A stretch of DNA of 64,000 bases from Nitrospirales bacterium (GTDB taxonomy: Bacteria; Nitrospirota; Nitrospiria; Nitrospirales; UBA8639): NCBI GenBank assembly GCA_963555755.3, contig OY820905.2:2464001-2528000 (forward strand), given 5' to 3'. Positions 27,413-38,244 of this stretch are shown here, piece by piece. Numbering within the stretch: position 1 is the first letter of the stretch; each line of letters opens with the position of its first letter. The notes below the pieces were generated by a model. The model ran no database searches. It was not told the DNA's origin and saw nothing but the letters and a program-made list of their open reading frames with translations. The position numbers and the translations under genes were made by a program.

Positions 27413-29355
27413 GATGCAACTTTCTCACATTGGTTAGGTGTCCTAGGTATTTCCGGGGCTTGAGTCCCGTAATCATTCAGGCCGCGTTGGATAATTCCGC
27501 GAGAGAGAAAAGAATAATGCCCGTGCATGGCTTCTCTCCCCACCGCAGTGCTGTTGTGGTCGTCGTTGTAAATCAGTTCGTGGATCGTCTGGTCAATTCG
27601 TATTCTCCCAGTACGATAGACTTCTTCAGCGAGATCCCACACACGGCTATCGCCATGAATCCGATGTTGGGATTCAGCGAATAAGGCTGTCGCGGCGATG
27701 GTCAACATGTCTTCTCCCACCATTTCAATCCTATTTTGTCGGCCTTGATCCTCTTGAAGATTCTCTCGATGAATGGCCATGGCGTATAAGATCGTTCGCG
27801 CCAGACGACGGCTCGCCCCTTCGAGAAATCGAAATTTCTTGTAGACCTTCGGGTGTTCGATCTCGGGCCGTTGGGGAAGAAGGTTTGGTTTCCACTGCCC
27901 CACATACCATGGGATGTAATAGAGGATCAGTTTGAGAAGTTCACTTATTCGGCTTGTCTGTGTTTGGGAGGGCTCCAAATAGGCTTTCCCTCGTTCGAGA
28001 TGAGGATTGAGCCCTTCACGAGCCACGAATGGACGTAAGATATCGGTTGCGCCTTCGCCAATGCGATACATCTCAGCGTCGCGCACGAGTTGTTCCATGA
28101 GAAACGCAGGTTCGCCACGAAAACGCTTGGAGTCCGCGGTCTCGTAGCCCATTCCTCCAAAGATGGTCTGGGCATCTTTGAGGAATTGAATGGTGTGTTC
28201 AGAACAGAAAATTTTGGCAATGGCGGCTTCGATTCTAATGTCGTAGCTTTTCTGATCGGCCATGCGCCACACGAGTGAGGACAACGCTTCCATGGCGAAG
28301 AGATCAACCGCCATTCGTCCGGCCCGCATGACTTGTGTGTGCCGTGCAGAGAGGGGTTTCTGAAAGGTCATGCGGGTATTGGCTCGATCCAAAGTGGGCT
28401 GCCATGCTTGCTTTGCCATCCCCAGGCAAATGGCGGGAATACTAATGGCACGGCCGACGTTGAGGATCGTCAGGGCATATTTCAGACCTTTTCCGATTTC
28501 ACCAATCACATTTTCGACGGGGACGCAGACGTTCTTGAACGTCATATGCGCATTTTCTATTCCTCGGCATCCCTCAAACTGACATCGCTGATGAACGACC
28601 ACACCTGGGGACGTCATTTCTAAGATAAACGCCGTATGAACCCTGTCATGCACATCTTTTTCACCTGAGACAGGAACCCAGCGAGTGTTCCCTTTGTGGG
28701 TTTCTTTTCGCGCCGGAACTCGGGCAATGAGGGTAATAACGCTGGCGATTGGTCCATTCGTGCACCAGAGCTTTTCTCCGTTGATTCGAAAATGCGTACC
28801 TGATGCGTCCAGGACCGCTTCCGTCTGAACATTGGCGGCATCAGAGCCGGTGTTGGGTTCTGTGAGCGCAAAAGCGGAAATTTCATTGCGAGCCACCCGC
28901 GGGAGGTATTTCTTTTTTTGGTCTTCATTCCCAAAGAGCAGAATAGGCATCGCGATGCCGATCGATTGTGGAACCGCGACGGTAAGCGCCAAGATATTGC
29001 TCCAACTGGCGATCAGCGTCAGCACCCGGCCATAGTTCGTATAAGAAAACTCCAGCCCTCCATACTCTTGCGGGATTTTCATGCCAAAGGCTCCGAGCTT
29101 GAACAGCCCCTTCAGGACGTGTTCGGGAATCTTAGCCGTTCGCTCGATTTCGTCCGGGTCTACATGGTTCCTGAGAAACGATTCGATTTTGTGGCAATAG
29201 GCCTCTCCAATCTCTCTTTCTGCGTCAGTCTCTTCCGGGGGAAGCAGTAACGCAAAATTGGGTTTCCCAACAAACACCCCTGCCATGAAGCTTGAGCCCG
29301 TGAGGTGCTCACGGGCTTCTTCAATCCGTTCAAAACCTTTAAACAGTCCGGCCAT
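27409..29355 (-). CDS. Long (VLCAD/FadE-type) acyl-CoA dehydrogenase
   Basis: [42 protein letters not shown]; extended C-terminal domain. Confidence 0.92.
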   Translation of the reverse strand: MAGLFKGFERIEEAREHLTGSSFMAGVFVGKPNFALLLPPEETDAEREIGEAYCHKIESFLRNHVDPDEIERTAKIPEHVLKGLFKLGAFGMKIPQEYGGLEFSYTNYGRVLTLIASWSNILALTVAVPQSIGIAMPILLFGNEDQKKKYLPRVARNEISAFALTEPNTGSDAANVQTEAVLDASGTHFRINGEKLWCTNGPIASVITLIARVPARKETHKGNTRWVPVSGEKDVHDRVHTAFILEMTSPGVVVHQRCQFEGCRGIENAHMTFKNVCVPVENVIGEIGKGLKYALTILNVGRAISIPAICLGMAKQAWQPTLDRANTRMTFQKPLSARHTQVMRAGRMAVDLFAMEALSSLVWRMADQKSYDIRIEAAIAKIFCSEHTIQFLKDAQTIFGGMGYETADSKRFRGEPAFLMEQLVRDAEMYRIGEGATDILRPFVAREGLNPHLERGKAYLEPSQTQTSRISELLKLILYYIPWYVGQWKPNLLPQRPEIEHPKVYKKFRFLEGASRRLARTILYAMAIHRENLQEDQGRQNRIEMVGEDMLTIAATALFAESQHRIHGDSRVWDLAEEVYRTGRIRIDQTIHELIYNDDHNSTAVGREAMHGHYSFLSRGIIQRGLNDYGTQAPEIPRTPNQCEKVAS

Positions 29356-29373
29356 GTCTTACCTCATGGGGAT

Positions 29374-29458
29374 GTAATGCGTGATCCGTAATGCGTAAGC
29401 CGTCAATTTTTCTTTTCTCTACGCATAACCCATCACGCATCACGCATCACGCATCACG
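29374..29458. repeat. Inverted heptamer cassette (GCGTRAT family) overlapping the stop of the B12-binding subunit
   Basis: GTAATGCGTGATCCGTAATGCGTAAG ... (CATCACG)n. Confidence 0.85.
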
Positions 29459-29886
29459 AATTTATCTTCAAGCTCCAAACTTTTCACAAAATCGACGATC
29501 TCGCTCATAGTAGTCCCGGGAGGGAATAAATTGCGGATACCTTGTTCGCGAAGGTGTTGGACGTCTTCATCAGGGATGACTCCACCGCCGAATACGATAA
29601 TGTCATCGGCTCCTTGTTCTTTGAGCAGTTCCAATACACGGGGCAGCAGATAATTATGCGCTCCGGAATGTACGCTTAACCCGATCGCACGGACATCTTC
29701 TTGAATGGCAATGTTTACCACCTGTTCGGGGGTTTGGTGAAGACCCGTATAGATCACTTCCATACCAGCATCCCGAAGAGCACGCGCAACGAGCTTAATG
29801 CCCCGGTCATGCCCATCCAGGCCAACCTTTCCCACCAGCACGCGAATGGGTGGCTTTTGAGGCCCAACCTCTTGTGCGGCATTCAT
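29440..29886 (-). CDS. icmB: Cobalamin-binding small subunit of acyl-CoA mutase (IcmB-like)
   Basis: KVGLDGHDRG (DxHxxG), GLSVHSG, FGGGVIP. Confidence 0.85.
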   Translation of the reverse strand: MNAAQEVGPQKPPIRVLVGKVGLDGHDRGIKLVARALRDAGMEVIYTGLHQTPEQVVNIAIQEDVRAIGLSVHSGAHNYLLPRVLELLKEQGADDIIVFGGGVIPDEDVQHLREQGIRNLFPPGTTMSEIVDFVKSLELEDKFVMRDA

Positions 29887-30722
29887 GGCACGGCCTCCAA
29901 AAAATATTTTCCTTCAATGTCCTTTTTGACATGCCCCATTGAGATCTTGGGGTCGTGTTCAAACACTAATAACCACTCCTCTTCACATGCCTGGTCGAGA
30001 ACCCACCGTTTTGATTCTAAGGTCTGCAGAGGGTACAGATCGTATCCCATGATGTAGGGAAGCGGCAGGTGGGACACGGTGGGGATAAGGTCACCGAGGT
30101 AGAGCGCGACCTTTCCTTCTGATTCGATTTTCACGACTTGGTGATGTTCCGTGTGCCCACCGGTGACCACGACCGAAAGACCAGGAAGGAGTTCTGTGTC
30201 CCCCTCGAGAAACTCCCATTGATTGCAATGCATTAGCGGAGTGAAATTTTCCCGCCGATAGCTGGCTTTGGTTCGTTCATTGGACCGGACGGCATCATTG
30301 TATTCACCTTGTTGCACAAAATACTTGGCTCGTGGGAAAGCGGGCACTGTCTGTCCTTGCTCATCTAAACAGGTATTTCCCCCGGCATGATCAAAATGGA
30401 GATGCGTGTTAATCACGAAGTGGATGTCGTCTGGAGCCAGGTCGAACTGGCTCAGTGAGTCTAATAATGTTGCTCTCCGCTCGACGGCAAACATCTTTTT
30501 GAACTTGTCATCGTTCTTTGAGCCGAGACCCGTATCCACCAAAATGTTTTTCCCATGCGCTCGTATCAAGAGCGGGGCGAGGCCCAGTTGAACTCGATTG
30601 AACTCATCAGCAGGGCAGCACCGTTCCCACAACACCCGAGGCACCACGCCAAACATCGCACCGCCGTCGAGTTTGAATTGCCCATCAGTCAATGGAATGA
30701 TGTCGAAGTTTCCAAGTTTCAT
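29883..30722 (-). CDS. MBL-fold metallo-hydrolase
   Basis: LDGGAMFGVVP, THLHFDHAGG, GHT, GDL, FEHD. Confidence 0.9.
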   Translation of the reverse strand: MKLGNFDIIPLTDGQFKLDGGAMFGVVPRVLWERCCPADEFNRVQLGLAPLLIRAHGKNILVDTGLGSKNDDKFKKMFAVERRATLLDSLSQFDLAPDDIHFVINTHLHFDHAGGNTCLDEQGQTVPAFPRAKYFVQQGEYNDAVRSNERTKASYRRENFTPLMHCNQWEFLEGDTELLPGLSVVVTGGHTEHHQVVKIESEGKVALYLGDLIPTVSHLPLPYIMGYDLYPLQTLESKRWVLDQACEEEWLLVFEHDPKISMGHVKKDIEGKYFLEAVP

Positions 30723-30763
30723 AGTTTATGGCTTCGGTCCTTGTTCAATATTGTGAGCTCTCA

Positions 30764-30886
30764 ATTCCTCCCCTTTGTAAGGGGAGGTTCGGTGGGGTAG
30801 AGTCTTGCGATGGTGGAATAGATTCAAAAAACCTGCTCAGTCTACCCTTCTACCTCCCCTAACCCCTCCTTACAAAGGAGGGGAAT
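30764..30886. repeat. REP-like element (CCTCCCCTAACCCCTCCTT family)
   Basis: Inverted arms ATTCCTCCCCTTTGTAAGGGGAGG ... CCTCCCCTAACCCCTCCTTACAAAGGAGGGGAAT. Confidence 0.8.
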
Positions 30887-30919
30887 GTTGGAACATTTAT
30901 TGATCACGTATCACTCTCA

Positions 30920-32524
30920 TCACAGCACCACCGGCTCCTGATACGTGCCAAAGACGTTCTTTAAATCTGCGCAAATTTCACCGAGGGTCGCATTTGCTTT
31001 GACCGCCGCAATGAGGTGCGGCATCATGTTTTCGCTCGACTGTGCCACTTCCTGTAATGCATGAAGACACTTCTTCACCTTCACGTCATCCCGTCGTTTC
31101 CTCAGGTCAGCTAAACGTTGATTTTGGTCTTGCTCCACTTCGGGCCCTATTTTGAGTGTCGGGATTTTGTGACATGTGTCGTCAACATGTTCATTGATCC
31201 CAATAATGGTTCGTTTCTGCTGCTCAACTTCTTGCTGGTATGTTTGTGACGCGTCCAGAATCTCTCGTTGTGGGAACCCTTGTTCAATGGCTTTGAGCAT
31301 CCCACCCATGCCATCAAGTTTCCTGAAATAGTCTTGGGCCCCCTCTTCCATTTGAGTGGTAAAGGATTCCAGAAAGAATGATCCCCCCAAGGGGTCCACT
31401 GTATTGGTGACTTCGCTTTCGCGCGCAATCACCTGTTGGGTTCGCAAGGCCAGGGTCACGGCTTCCTGAGTTGGGAGAGACAGCGTCTCATCCAGGGAAT
31501 TGGTGTGTAAGGATTGTGTCCCACCCAACACGGCAGCCAGGGCCTGCAACGTCGTACGAACCACGTTGTTCATAGGTTGCTGCGCGGTGAGGGAACATCC
31601 AGCTGTTTGGGCATGGCAGCGAAGTTGAAGTGAACGCGGGTTCTTTGGGTGGTAGCGTTTTTCGATCTCTTTGGCCCAGAGCCGACGAGCTGCACGGAAC
31701 TTCGCAATCTCTTCAAAGAAATCATTGTGCACATTGAAAAAGAAAGAGAGCTGAGGGGCAAACGCATCGATATCCAGCCCGGACTGCACAGCAGCTTCGA
31801 CATAGGTCAGGCCATCGTATAACGTAAATGCCAATTCCTGAATGGCAGTCGAACCAGCTTCCCGGATGTGATACCCGCTGATGCTAATGGGATGCCATTT
31901 GGGAACGTGTTCGCTGCAAAATTCGATCGTATCAACGATCAGGCGAAGATGCGGTTCCGGTGGAAACAGCCACTCCTTTTGCGCGATGTACTCTTTGAGA
32001 ATATCGTTTTGGAGGGTCCCGCCAAGTTGTTGAAGTGAGATCCCTCGTTCTTCCGCCACAGCTAAATACATGGCGAAGATCACCGCTGCCGGACCATTGA
32101 TGGTCATGGAGGTTGTCACCTGATCGAGGGCAATGGCTTCAAACAATCTGTCCATATCATCAATTGACGAAATGGCCACCCCGCAATAGCCCACTTCCCC
32201 GCGGGATCGGGGATCATCGGAGTCCAGTCCCATTAACGTGGGCATATCAAAGGCGGTGCTAAGCCCGGTTTGCCCTTGGGCCAGCAGATATTTAAATCGA
32301 TCATTGGTGTCGGCAGCAGACCCGAAGCCGGCAAATTGGCGCATGGTCCACAACCGACCACGGTACATGGTGGGATAAATCCCACGCGTATAAGGAAACT
32401 CTCCAGGATCGCCAAGGTCTCGATCAGCATCCCATTCTTTAAGGTCATCTTTGGTATAAAGACGAGAAACGGGAAGCCCCGACAGGGACGAGAAGCGATC
32501 CTTCCGTTCGGAGATTCCCGGCAT
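30920..32524 (-). CDS. icmA: B12-dependent acyl-CoA mutase large subunit with isobutyryl-CoA mutase signature
   Basis: [17 protein letters not shown] (F at the MCM Tyr89 position), [13 protein letters not shown] (Q at the MCM Arg207 position), SGYHIREAG. Confidence 0.85.
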   Translation of the reverse strand: MPGISERKDRFSSLSGLPVSRLYTKDDLKEWDADRDLGDPGEFPYTRGIYPTMYRGRLWTMRQFAGFGSAADTNDRFKYLLAQGQTGLSTAFDMPTLMGLDSDDPRSRGEVGYCGVAISSIDDMDRLFEAIALDQVTTSMTINGPAAVIFAMYLAVAEERGISLQQLGGTLQNDILKEYIAQKEWLFPPEPHLRLIVDTIEFCSEHVPKWHPISISGYHIREAGSTAIQELAFTLYDGLTYVEAAVQSGLDIDAFAPQLSFFFNVHNDFFEEIAKFRAARRLWAKEIEKRYHPKNPRSLQLRCHAQTAGCSLTAQQPMNNVVRTTLQALAAVLGGTQSLHTNSLDETLSLPTQEAVTLALRTQQVIARESEVTNTVDPLGGSFFLESFTTQMEEGAQDYFRKLDGMGGMLKAIEQGFPQREILDASQTYQQEVEQQKRTIIGINEHVDDTCHKIPTLKIGPEVEQDQNQRLADLRKRRDDVKVKKCLHALQEVAQSSENMMPHLIAAVKANATLGEICADLKNVFGTYQEPVVL

Positions 32525-32541
32525 TATAGTAAGACCTCCTT

Positions 32542-32622
32542 CGTGAAGCGTAATGTGTGAAGCGTGAAACGTAAAAACAAAAAGGGTTTCATTTCTGACT
32601 CATCACGGTTCACGCATTACGT
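32542..32622. repeat. Inverted heptamer cassette overlapping the hbd stop
   Basis: CGTGAAGCGTAATGTGTGAAGCGTGAAACGTAA ... CATCACGGTTCACGCATTACG. Confidence 0.8.
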
Positions 32623-33483
32623 CTTCTGATATTCGTAAAACCCTCTTCCCGTTTTTCGTCCCAACCATCCGGCCTCCACATATTTCCGGAGTAGGGGACA
32701 AGGCCGGAATTTGGGATCGCCCATGTCTTGGTAGAGCGTTTCACAAATAGCCAAGACGGTGTCGAGACCAATCCGATCGGCCAACGCAAGAGGACCCATG
32801 GGCTGATTCGTTCCCAAAACCATCGCTTGATCGATGCCTTCAGCAGGGGCTACCCCCTCAGCTAAGGCAAACACCGCTTCGTTTACCAGAGGAATCAATA
32901 TGCGGTTCACAATAAACCCTGGAGCATCTTTTGATGCGATAGGCGTCTTCCCCATTTTTTTCGCGAGTTCGACCACGAGCGTGGTCGTCTCATCACTTGT
33001 CTCCAAGCCACGAATGACTTCTACTAATTTCATGACAGGGACGGGATTCATAAAATGCATCCCCACGACTCGATCACCCCGGCCTGCAGCTTTTCCCAAT
33101 TTTGTGATAGATATCGAAGACGTGTTGCTGGCCAACACCACCTCTGGTTTGCAAATCTGACCAAGTTCCAAAAAGATCTTTGACTTAAGATCAGGTTGCT
33201 CCGACGCGGCTTCAACAATGAATTGGGCTTCGGCCATGGCATCGAGTGACTGGCATGTCTTGATTCGACTCGCTGCCTCCACAACCTCCGAGGCGGTCAT
33301 CTCACCGGCTTCATGCTGCTTGGTAAACCCTTTCTGAATTCCAGCAAGCGCCTTGGTGAGGCGCTCAGGAGTCACGTCCAGCAGCAAGACTTCAAAGCCT
33401 GCTTTTGCACTGACCAGGGCAATGCCAGCTCCCATCTGGCCAGCACCGATGATTCCGATTCGTGTGATGTCGGAAAGTGTCAT
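32617..33483 (-). CDS. hbd: 3-hydroxybutyryl-CoA dehydrogenase
   Basis: GAGQMGAG, ASNTSSISIT, GMHFMNPVPVMKLVEV, PGFIVNR, GRKTGRGFY; start at ATG 33483 (the track ORF extends into a MITE). Confidence 0.92.
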   Translation of the reverse strand: MTLSDITRIGIIGAGQMGAGIALVSAKAGFEVLLLDVTPERLTKALAGIQKGFTKQHEAGEMTASEVVEAASRIKTCQSLDAMAEAQFIVEAASEQPDLKSKIFLELGQICKPEVVLASNTSSISITKLGKAAGRGDRVVGMHFMNPVPVMKLVEVIRGLETSDETTTLVVELAKKMGKTPIASKDAPGFIVNRILIPLVNEAVFALAEGVAPAEGIDQAMVLGTNQPMGPLALADRIGLDTVLAICETLYQDMGDPKFRPCPLLRKYVEAGWLGRKTGRGFYEYQKT

Positions 33484-33498
33484 GTCTCGTTTCCTTTG

Positions 33499-33620
33499 GG
33501 GAATGTTGAAAAAAGCCGCCAGCGGCGTTCTCGCCCTTTTGCCGTGCTCACGTACTGAGAGTACGCTCCGCGCGTCAAAAGGGCTGCGGCCTTGCTGGAC
33601 GAACTTTTTTGAACATTCCC
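33499..33620. mobile_element. MITE family C (TIR GGGAATGTTGAAAAA)
   Basis: Terminal IRs GGGAATGTTGAAAAAAG / CTTTTTTGAACATTCCC; core GCTCACGTAC..GAGTACGCTCCGCGCG; copies at 47330-47549, 55133-55297, 56607-56821. Confidence 0.85.
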
Positions 33621-33663
33621 TGTGAAGCGTGATGCGTAAAACCAAAAAATTCCTTGGCTTTCT

Positions 33664-34858
33664 TTACGCATCACACTTCTGAATCATCACAGCCAATGCT
33701 TCGCCTCCGCCAATGCACAGACTAGCAATACCCAATCGCCCTCCTCGGGCCTCTAGCGCGTATAACAGCGTGGTGAGAATCCGAGCCCCGGTTGCGCCGA
33801 TGGGGTGTCCAAGTGCTACCGCGCCTCCATTCACGTTGACTTTAGATGGATCCAACCCAAGCTCCCGGTTCACCGCCAATGCAACGGAACTAAACGCCTC
33901 GTTGATTTCAAAAAGGTCGATTTGATCAATCGTATGGCCGGTTCGCTTGAGAAGATTTCGTACGGCATCCACCGGAGCGATGGTGAACCACTCAGGGGCC
34001 AATGCAGCTCCGGCATACCCCACGATTCTCGCTAGCGGCTTCATGCCTCGGTTAATAGCTACCTGTTCTTCCATGACCACCATGGCGGCAGCCCCGTCGT
34101 TGCAAGAGGGGGAATTGCCCACGGTCAACACCCCGTCGTCCTGAAACGCGGGTTTCAAGAAAGGCATTTTTTCCAGATTGACCCGATTAGGTTCTTCATC
34201 GTCGATCACAATGACCGGGTCTCCTTTTTTTGTGAGGAATTTCTACCGAGACGATTTCGTTTTTGAATGCCCCTGAAGCCATGGCCATTCGAGCCCGGCG
34301 ATAACTCTCTAGAGCAAACTCATCGGCTTCTGTGCGCGTGATGCCATATTTCTTTGCGCACAGCTCACCGCCATGTCCCATGTGAAATTGATTGTACACA
34401 TCCCATAACCCATCTTTGATCAGACTGTCCTCAAGTTCGCCGTGGCCCAGTTGATACCCCTGGCGTGCTCGCATGAGCAGATAGGGTGCGTTGGTCATAT
34501 GCTCCATCCCACCAGCCACGAAAATACTTCCGTCCCCCAGTTGAATGTGTTGGGACGCCATGATCACGGTTTGCAAACTCGATCCACAGACTTTGTTGAC
34601 GGTGGTGGCTCCGACGGAGTGAGGGATTCCTGCTCCGATCGATGCTTGTCGAGCTGGAGCTTGACCAAGACCAGCTGCCAACACGCATCCCATGAACACA
34701 CTGTCTACATGCTCCCCGGGAAGATCGATTCGTTTTAGGGCTTCCGCGATGGCCACACTTCCTAGCTTGGTGGCTGACAGGGGACTGTAGGCCCCACTAA
34801 AACTTCCCAGGGGAGTTCTGACCGCACTGACGATGACGGGCTGGTTTTGTTTGTTCAT
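33664..34858 (-). pseudogene. Acetyl-CoA acetyltransferase (thiolase) split by a +1 frameshift in an A7 run (possibly a sequencing error)
   Basis: N-part NKVCGSS; C-part NEAF, GHPIGATG, CIGGG. Removing one T from 34225-34231 restores PHKKGDPVIVIDDEEP. Confidence 0.88.
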
Positions 34859-34865
34859 AGTGGCT

Positions 34866-36023
34866 TCACCACTCCTGCGACTCGATAGATTGTTTGACCT
34901 TCTGCATGAATTGATCCGCCATGGCTCCATCAATCATCCGATGATCAAACGATAAACTCAGATAGGCCATGGGTCTGATTGCAATCGCATCATTGATGGC
35001 CACGGGTCGTTTTTGAATTGCGCCTACACCCAGGATGGCCGTTTCGGGTTGGTTGATGATGGGGGTCCCCAATAGACTTCCCGAGCTGCCATGATTGGTA
35101 ATGGTAAACGTGCCTCCCTGAACCTCATCCGGGATGAGTTGCTTGGATCGAGCGCGTTGAGCCAGATCGGCGATGTTCTCCCCTAGTTGAGACACGTCTT
35201 TTTGATCAGCATGACCGATCACGGGCACCAAGAGGCCATCGTCAAGGGCGACTGCAATCCCAATGTTGATATGATTCTTCATGACGATACCGGTATCACT
35301 CCATGACGAGTTCACCTGAGGGTAGGTTTTCAAGGCCTGTGCTACGGCTTGAACAACAAATGGTAAGTATGTGAGCTTGAGATTTTTTCGAGTGGGTTCG
35401 ATTACTGAAAAATCTACTTCAAAAACCGTGGTGACATGGGCGGCTGTCCGACGACTATCCATCATCCGCTCAGCGATGGTTTGCCGCATGGTCGTCAATG
35501 GAATCACGGTATCCTGGGAAGTATGATCTTGCCCAACGGACTGGCCTTTCCCATTGGCGGAAATCTCTGTGGTATCCTCTTTGGTGGCTATGAGCGCGCG
35601 AATATCTCGTATGGTGATACGTCCTTCTCCACCAGTTCCTTGTATTGTAGAAAGATCCACGCCATGTTCTTTGGCTAAGTGTTTGACGGCGGGAGAAAGA
35701 TGGAGATGGGGATCCGAGTCAGGTGGGATGATCTTCTCTGAATCCTTTTTCCCGTTGGACGTTGGTTGCGGAGCGACGTTGGAAGACTCGACGGCCAAAC
35801 GGGCAATGGGTGTTCCCACCGGAACCGTTTCCCCTTCCTGGATCAGAATTTCCATGAGTGATCCGCATTCAGGCGAGGGAATTTCGAGGGCCACTTTGTC
35901 CGTTTCCACCTCCAATAGGGCCTGATCCTTTTCCACATGGGCTCCTGTGGCCACGAGCCACTTCAAAATGGTGCCTTCGGCAGTGCTTTCACCTAATTGG
36001 GGCATGATAATATCTGTCGCCAT
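34866..36023 (-). CDS. bkdB: 2-oxoacid dehydrogenase E2 (dihydrolipoamide acyltransferase)
   Basis: Lipoyl motif ETDKV, subunit-binding GTGGEGRIT, catalytic DHRMIDG. Confidence 0.9.
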   Translation of the reverse strand: MATDIIMPQLGESTAEGTILKWLVATGAHVEKDQALLEVETDKVALEIPSPECGSLMEILIQEGETVPVGTPIARLAVESSNVAPQPTSNGKKDSEKIIPPDSDPHLHLSPAVKHLAKEHGVDLSTIQGTGGEGRITIRDIRALIATKEDTTEISANGKGQSVGQDHTSQDTVIPLTTMRQTIAERMMDSRRTAAHVTTVFEVDFSVIEPTRKNLKLTYLPFVVQAVAQALKTYPQVNSSWSDTGIVMKNHINIGIAVALDDGLLVPVIGHADQKDVSQLGENIADLAQRARSKQLIPDEVQGGTFTITNHGSSGSLLGTPIINQPETAILGVGAIQKRPVAINDAIAIRPMAYLSLSFDHRMIDGAMADQFMQKVKQSIESQEW

Positions 36024-36043
36024 GTCTGCCTCCGTCTTTCGGA

Positions 36044-36188
36044 CGTGATGCGTGATGCGTAATGCGTGACCCGTAAAGAATGAAAAACTTCTAGTCTTTT
36101 CGCATTACGCGTCACGCATTACGCCTCACGTTGTTTTCCTCTTGTCTTTACACTTCACGTATCACGCATCACGCATCACGCGTTACGT
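36044..36188. repeat. Extended inverted heptamer cassette (GCGTRAT family)
   Basis: CGTGATGCGTGATGCGTAATGCGTG followed by two blocks of CATYACG repeats. Confidence 0.85.
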
Positions 36189-36197
36189 TTTCCCCTC

Positions 36198-37187
36198 TCA
36201 ATACGTTGCCAATTGACGAGCCGCTCGAAGCACATCATCGACCTTTGGTAAAAAGAACTCTTCCAATGGAGGGCTATAGGGAACTGGTGTATCAGGAGCG
36301 GCGATTCGAAGAATGGGCCCATCCAGGTGATCGAAACAGTATTCACTGATCAACGCGGAGATTTCCGCCCCAATGCCTCCGGTTTTCGTGGCCTCATGTA
36401 AGACGATGACCTTGCTGGTTTTCCGAACCGACTCCAGAATGGCTTCTTGATCCAATGGCAAAAGCGTGCGCAGATCCACCACTTCGAGGTCGATAGCTTC
36501 TTTTTCCAAGATTTCCGCCGCTTCTAAAGCCAGAGGAACCATGGCGCCATAAGTGATGACAGATATGTCGCGACCCGTTCGTTTGACGTCGGCTTTCCCA
36601 ATAGGAACGATGTAGTCCTCTTCTGGCAGCACTTCCTTGGCACGACGATACAGGTATTTATGTTCAAAATAGATCACGGGATTGTCATCGCGAATGGCGG
36701 CCTTCAGCAGACCCTTGGCATCATAGGGTGTGGATGGGGCTACAAGTTTTAAGCCCGGCGTATGGAAGAACCAAGCTTCGGGACAGACTGAATGGAACGG
36801 TCCGCCATGGATTCCCCCTCCATAGGGCGCCCGAATGACCATCGGAACAGCAGCACCCCATCGATAATGATTCTTGGCGGCAACCTCGGTGATTTGATCA
36901 AACGCGCAGGAAATGAAATCAGCAAATTGCATCTCCACCACCGGACGCATGCCCATCATAGCTGCTCCAATCGCGGCTCCAACAAACCCTGATTCCGCGA
37001 GTGGCGTATCCAGCACGCGCCATTCACCGAACTTTTTTTGAAATCCCTCGGTGACACGAAACGCCCCGCCATAAGGGCCAATGTCTTCTCCAAGAAGAAA
37101 CACTCGCTCGTCTCGGCTCATTTCTTCGTCTAAGGCTTGTGAGATGGCTTCTAAATAGGTCACTTCCTGAGAGATCGCTGTGGTCAT
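36198..37187 (-). CDS. bkdA2: 2-oxoacid dehydrogenase E1 beta, branched-chain type
   Basis: LGEDIG, DTPLAESG, EMQFADF, GGPFHS, FEHKYLYR. Confidence 0.88.
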   Translation of the reverse strand: MTTAISQEVTYLEAISQALDEEMSRDERVFLLGEDIGPYGGAFRVTEGFQKKFGEWRVLDTPLAESGFVGAAIGAAMMGMRPVVEMQFADFISCAFDQITEVAAKNHYRWGAAVPMVIRAPYGGGIHGGPFHSVCPEAWFFHTPGLKLVAPSTPYDAKGLLKAAIRDDNPVIYFEHKYLYRRAKEVLPEEDYIVPIGKADVKRTGRDISVITYGAMVPLALEAAEILEKEAIDLEVVDLRTLLPLDQEAILESVRKTSKVIVLHEATKTGGIGAEISALISEYCFDHLDGPILRIAAPDTPVPYSPPLEEFFLPKVDDVLRAARQLATY

Positions 37188-38221
37188 ACATGTACCTCCT
37201 CAAGCGTCTCAGCATAGACGCCATCCAATGTCTCGGAGCCTTCAGGGAGAGGACTCTCTTCAGCGAACTCCACCGCGGTATCAATTTCCTTTTTCACTCG
37301 TTCTTGGATTTCCATCAATACTGATTCATCCGCGTAGCCCATGGTTTTCAGAGCATATTCAACTTTGAGAATGGGATCTCTGCGTTTCCATTCTTCCAAT
37401 AACTCACGAGGGACGTACTTGGCGGAATCGTGCTCTGCATGGCCATGCATTCGCATGGTTTTGCATTCAATGAAGGAAGGCCCGTGCCCTTCCCGCGCAC
37501 GTTTGATCACCCGCTGAGCTGTGACATACACCGCGGCGACGTCATTCCCATCGATAATTTCACTGGGGATGCCATAGGCCTTGGCCCGGTCTGCCACGTC
37601 GGGAGTTCCCATCTGAAGCTCAAGGGGCGTGGAGTAGGCATATTGGTTGTTGCAGCAGAAAAAGACCACGGGAAGTTTGCGAACCGCGGCGAAGTTGAGG
37701 GCTTCATGAAAGTCGCCACGGCTTGTTCCGCCATCTCCGGTATTCGCCACGACTACCTGAGATTGCCCTCGGATTTTAAACGCGAGAGCGGCTCCCGTGG
37801 CAAGAGGGAGGTTGTCAGCCAGATGGCTCACAAAGGCAAAAATTCCCCGTTTTAAATCACCCATATGCACGTTGGCATCTTTTCCTTTGGTGGGGCCTGT
37901 GCGTTTGCCCAGGTATTGAGCGAGGATTTCTTCAGGCTTCATGCCACGAATCAGAAACGCTCCCATGTCGCGATGCATAGGGGCGATGACATCGCCAGCC
38001 TCAAGCGCGTACGCGTACCCAACAGAAATGGCTTCCATTCCGTGGGAGGTGTACACTCCACCAACAATTCGACCTTGTCGGTAGAGTGCGGTCACTCGAT
38101 CTTCAAGGGTTCGTGTGAGGCAGAGGTAATAGTACAGTTGAAGGTAGTCAGCTTTTGACACCTTACTGAAGGGCTTCCTTCTGTCCTCCGGGCTGTCTCT
38201 TCGTTCTATGTCCATACTCAT
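37184..38221 (-). CDS. bkdA1: 2-oxoacid dehydrogenase E1 alpha, branched-chain type
   Basis: TPP motif GDGGTSRGDFHEALN...NNQYAYSTP; RMHGHAEHD. Confidence 0.88.
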   Translation of the reverse strand: MSMDIERRDSPEDRRKPFSKVSKADYLQLYYYLCLTRTLEDRVTALYRQGRIVGGVYTSHGMEAISVGYAYALEAGDVIAPMHRDMGAFLIRGMKPEEILAQYLGKRTGPTKGKDANVHMGDLKRGIFAFVSHLADNLPLATGAALAFKIRGQSQVVVANTGDGGTSRGDFHEALNFAAVRKLPVVFFCCNNQYAYSTPLELQMGTPDVADRAKAYGIPSEIIDGNDVAAVYVTAQRVIKRAREGHGPSFIECKTMRMHGHAEHDSAKYVPRELLEEWKRRDPILKVEYALKTMGYADESVLMEIQERVKKEIDTAVEFAEESPLPEGSETLDGVYAETLEEVHV

Positions 38222-38244
38222 TATTTGTACCTCCTTGCGGTGAT

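Noticed and set aside
30920..32524. Methylmalonyl-CoA mutase call
   Set aside because: Lacks the Tyr/Arg carboxylate-binding residues; has the Phe/Gln of ICM
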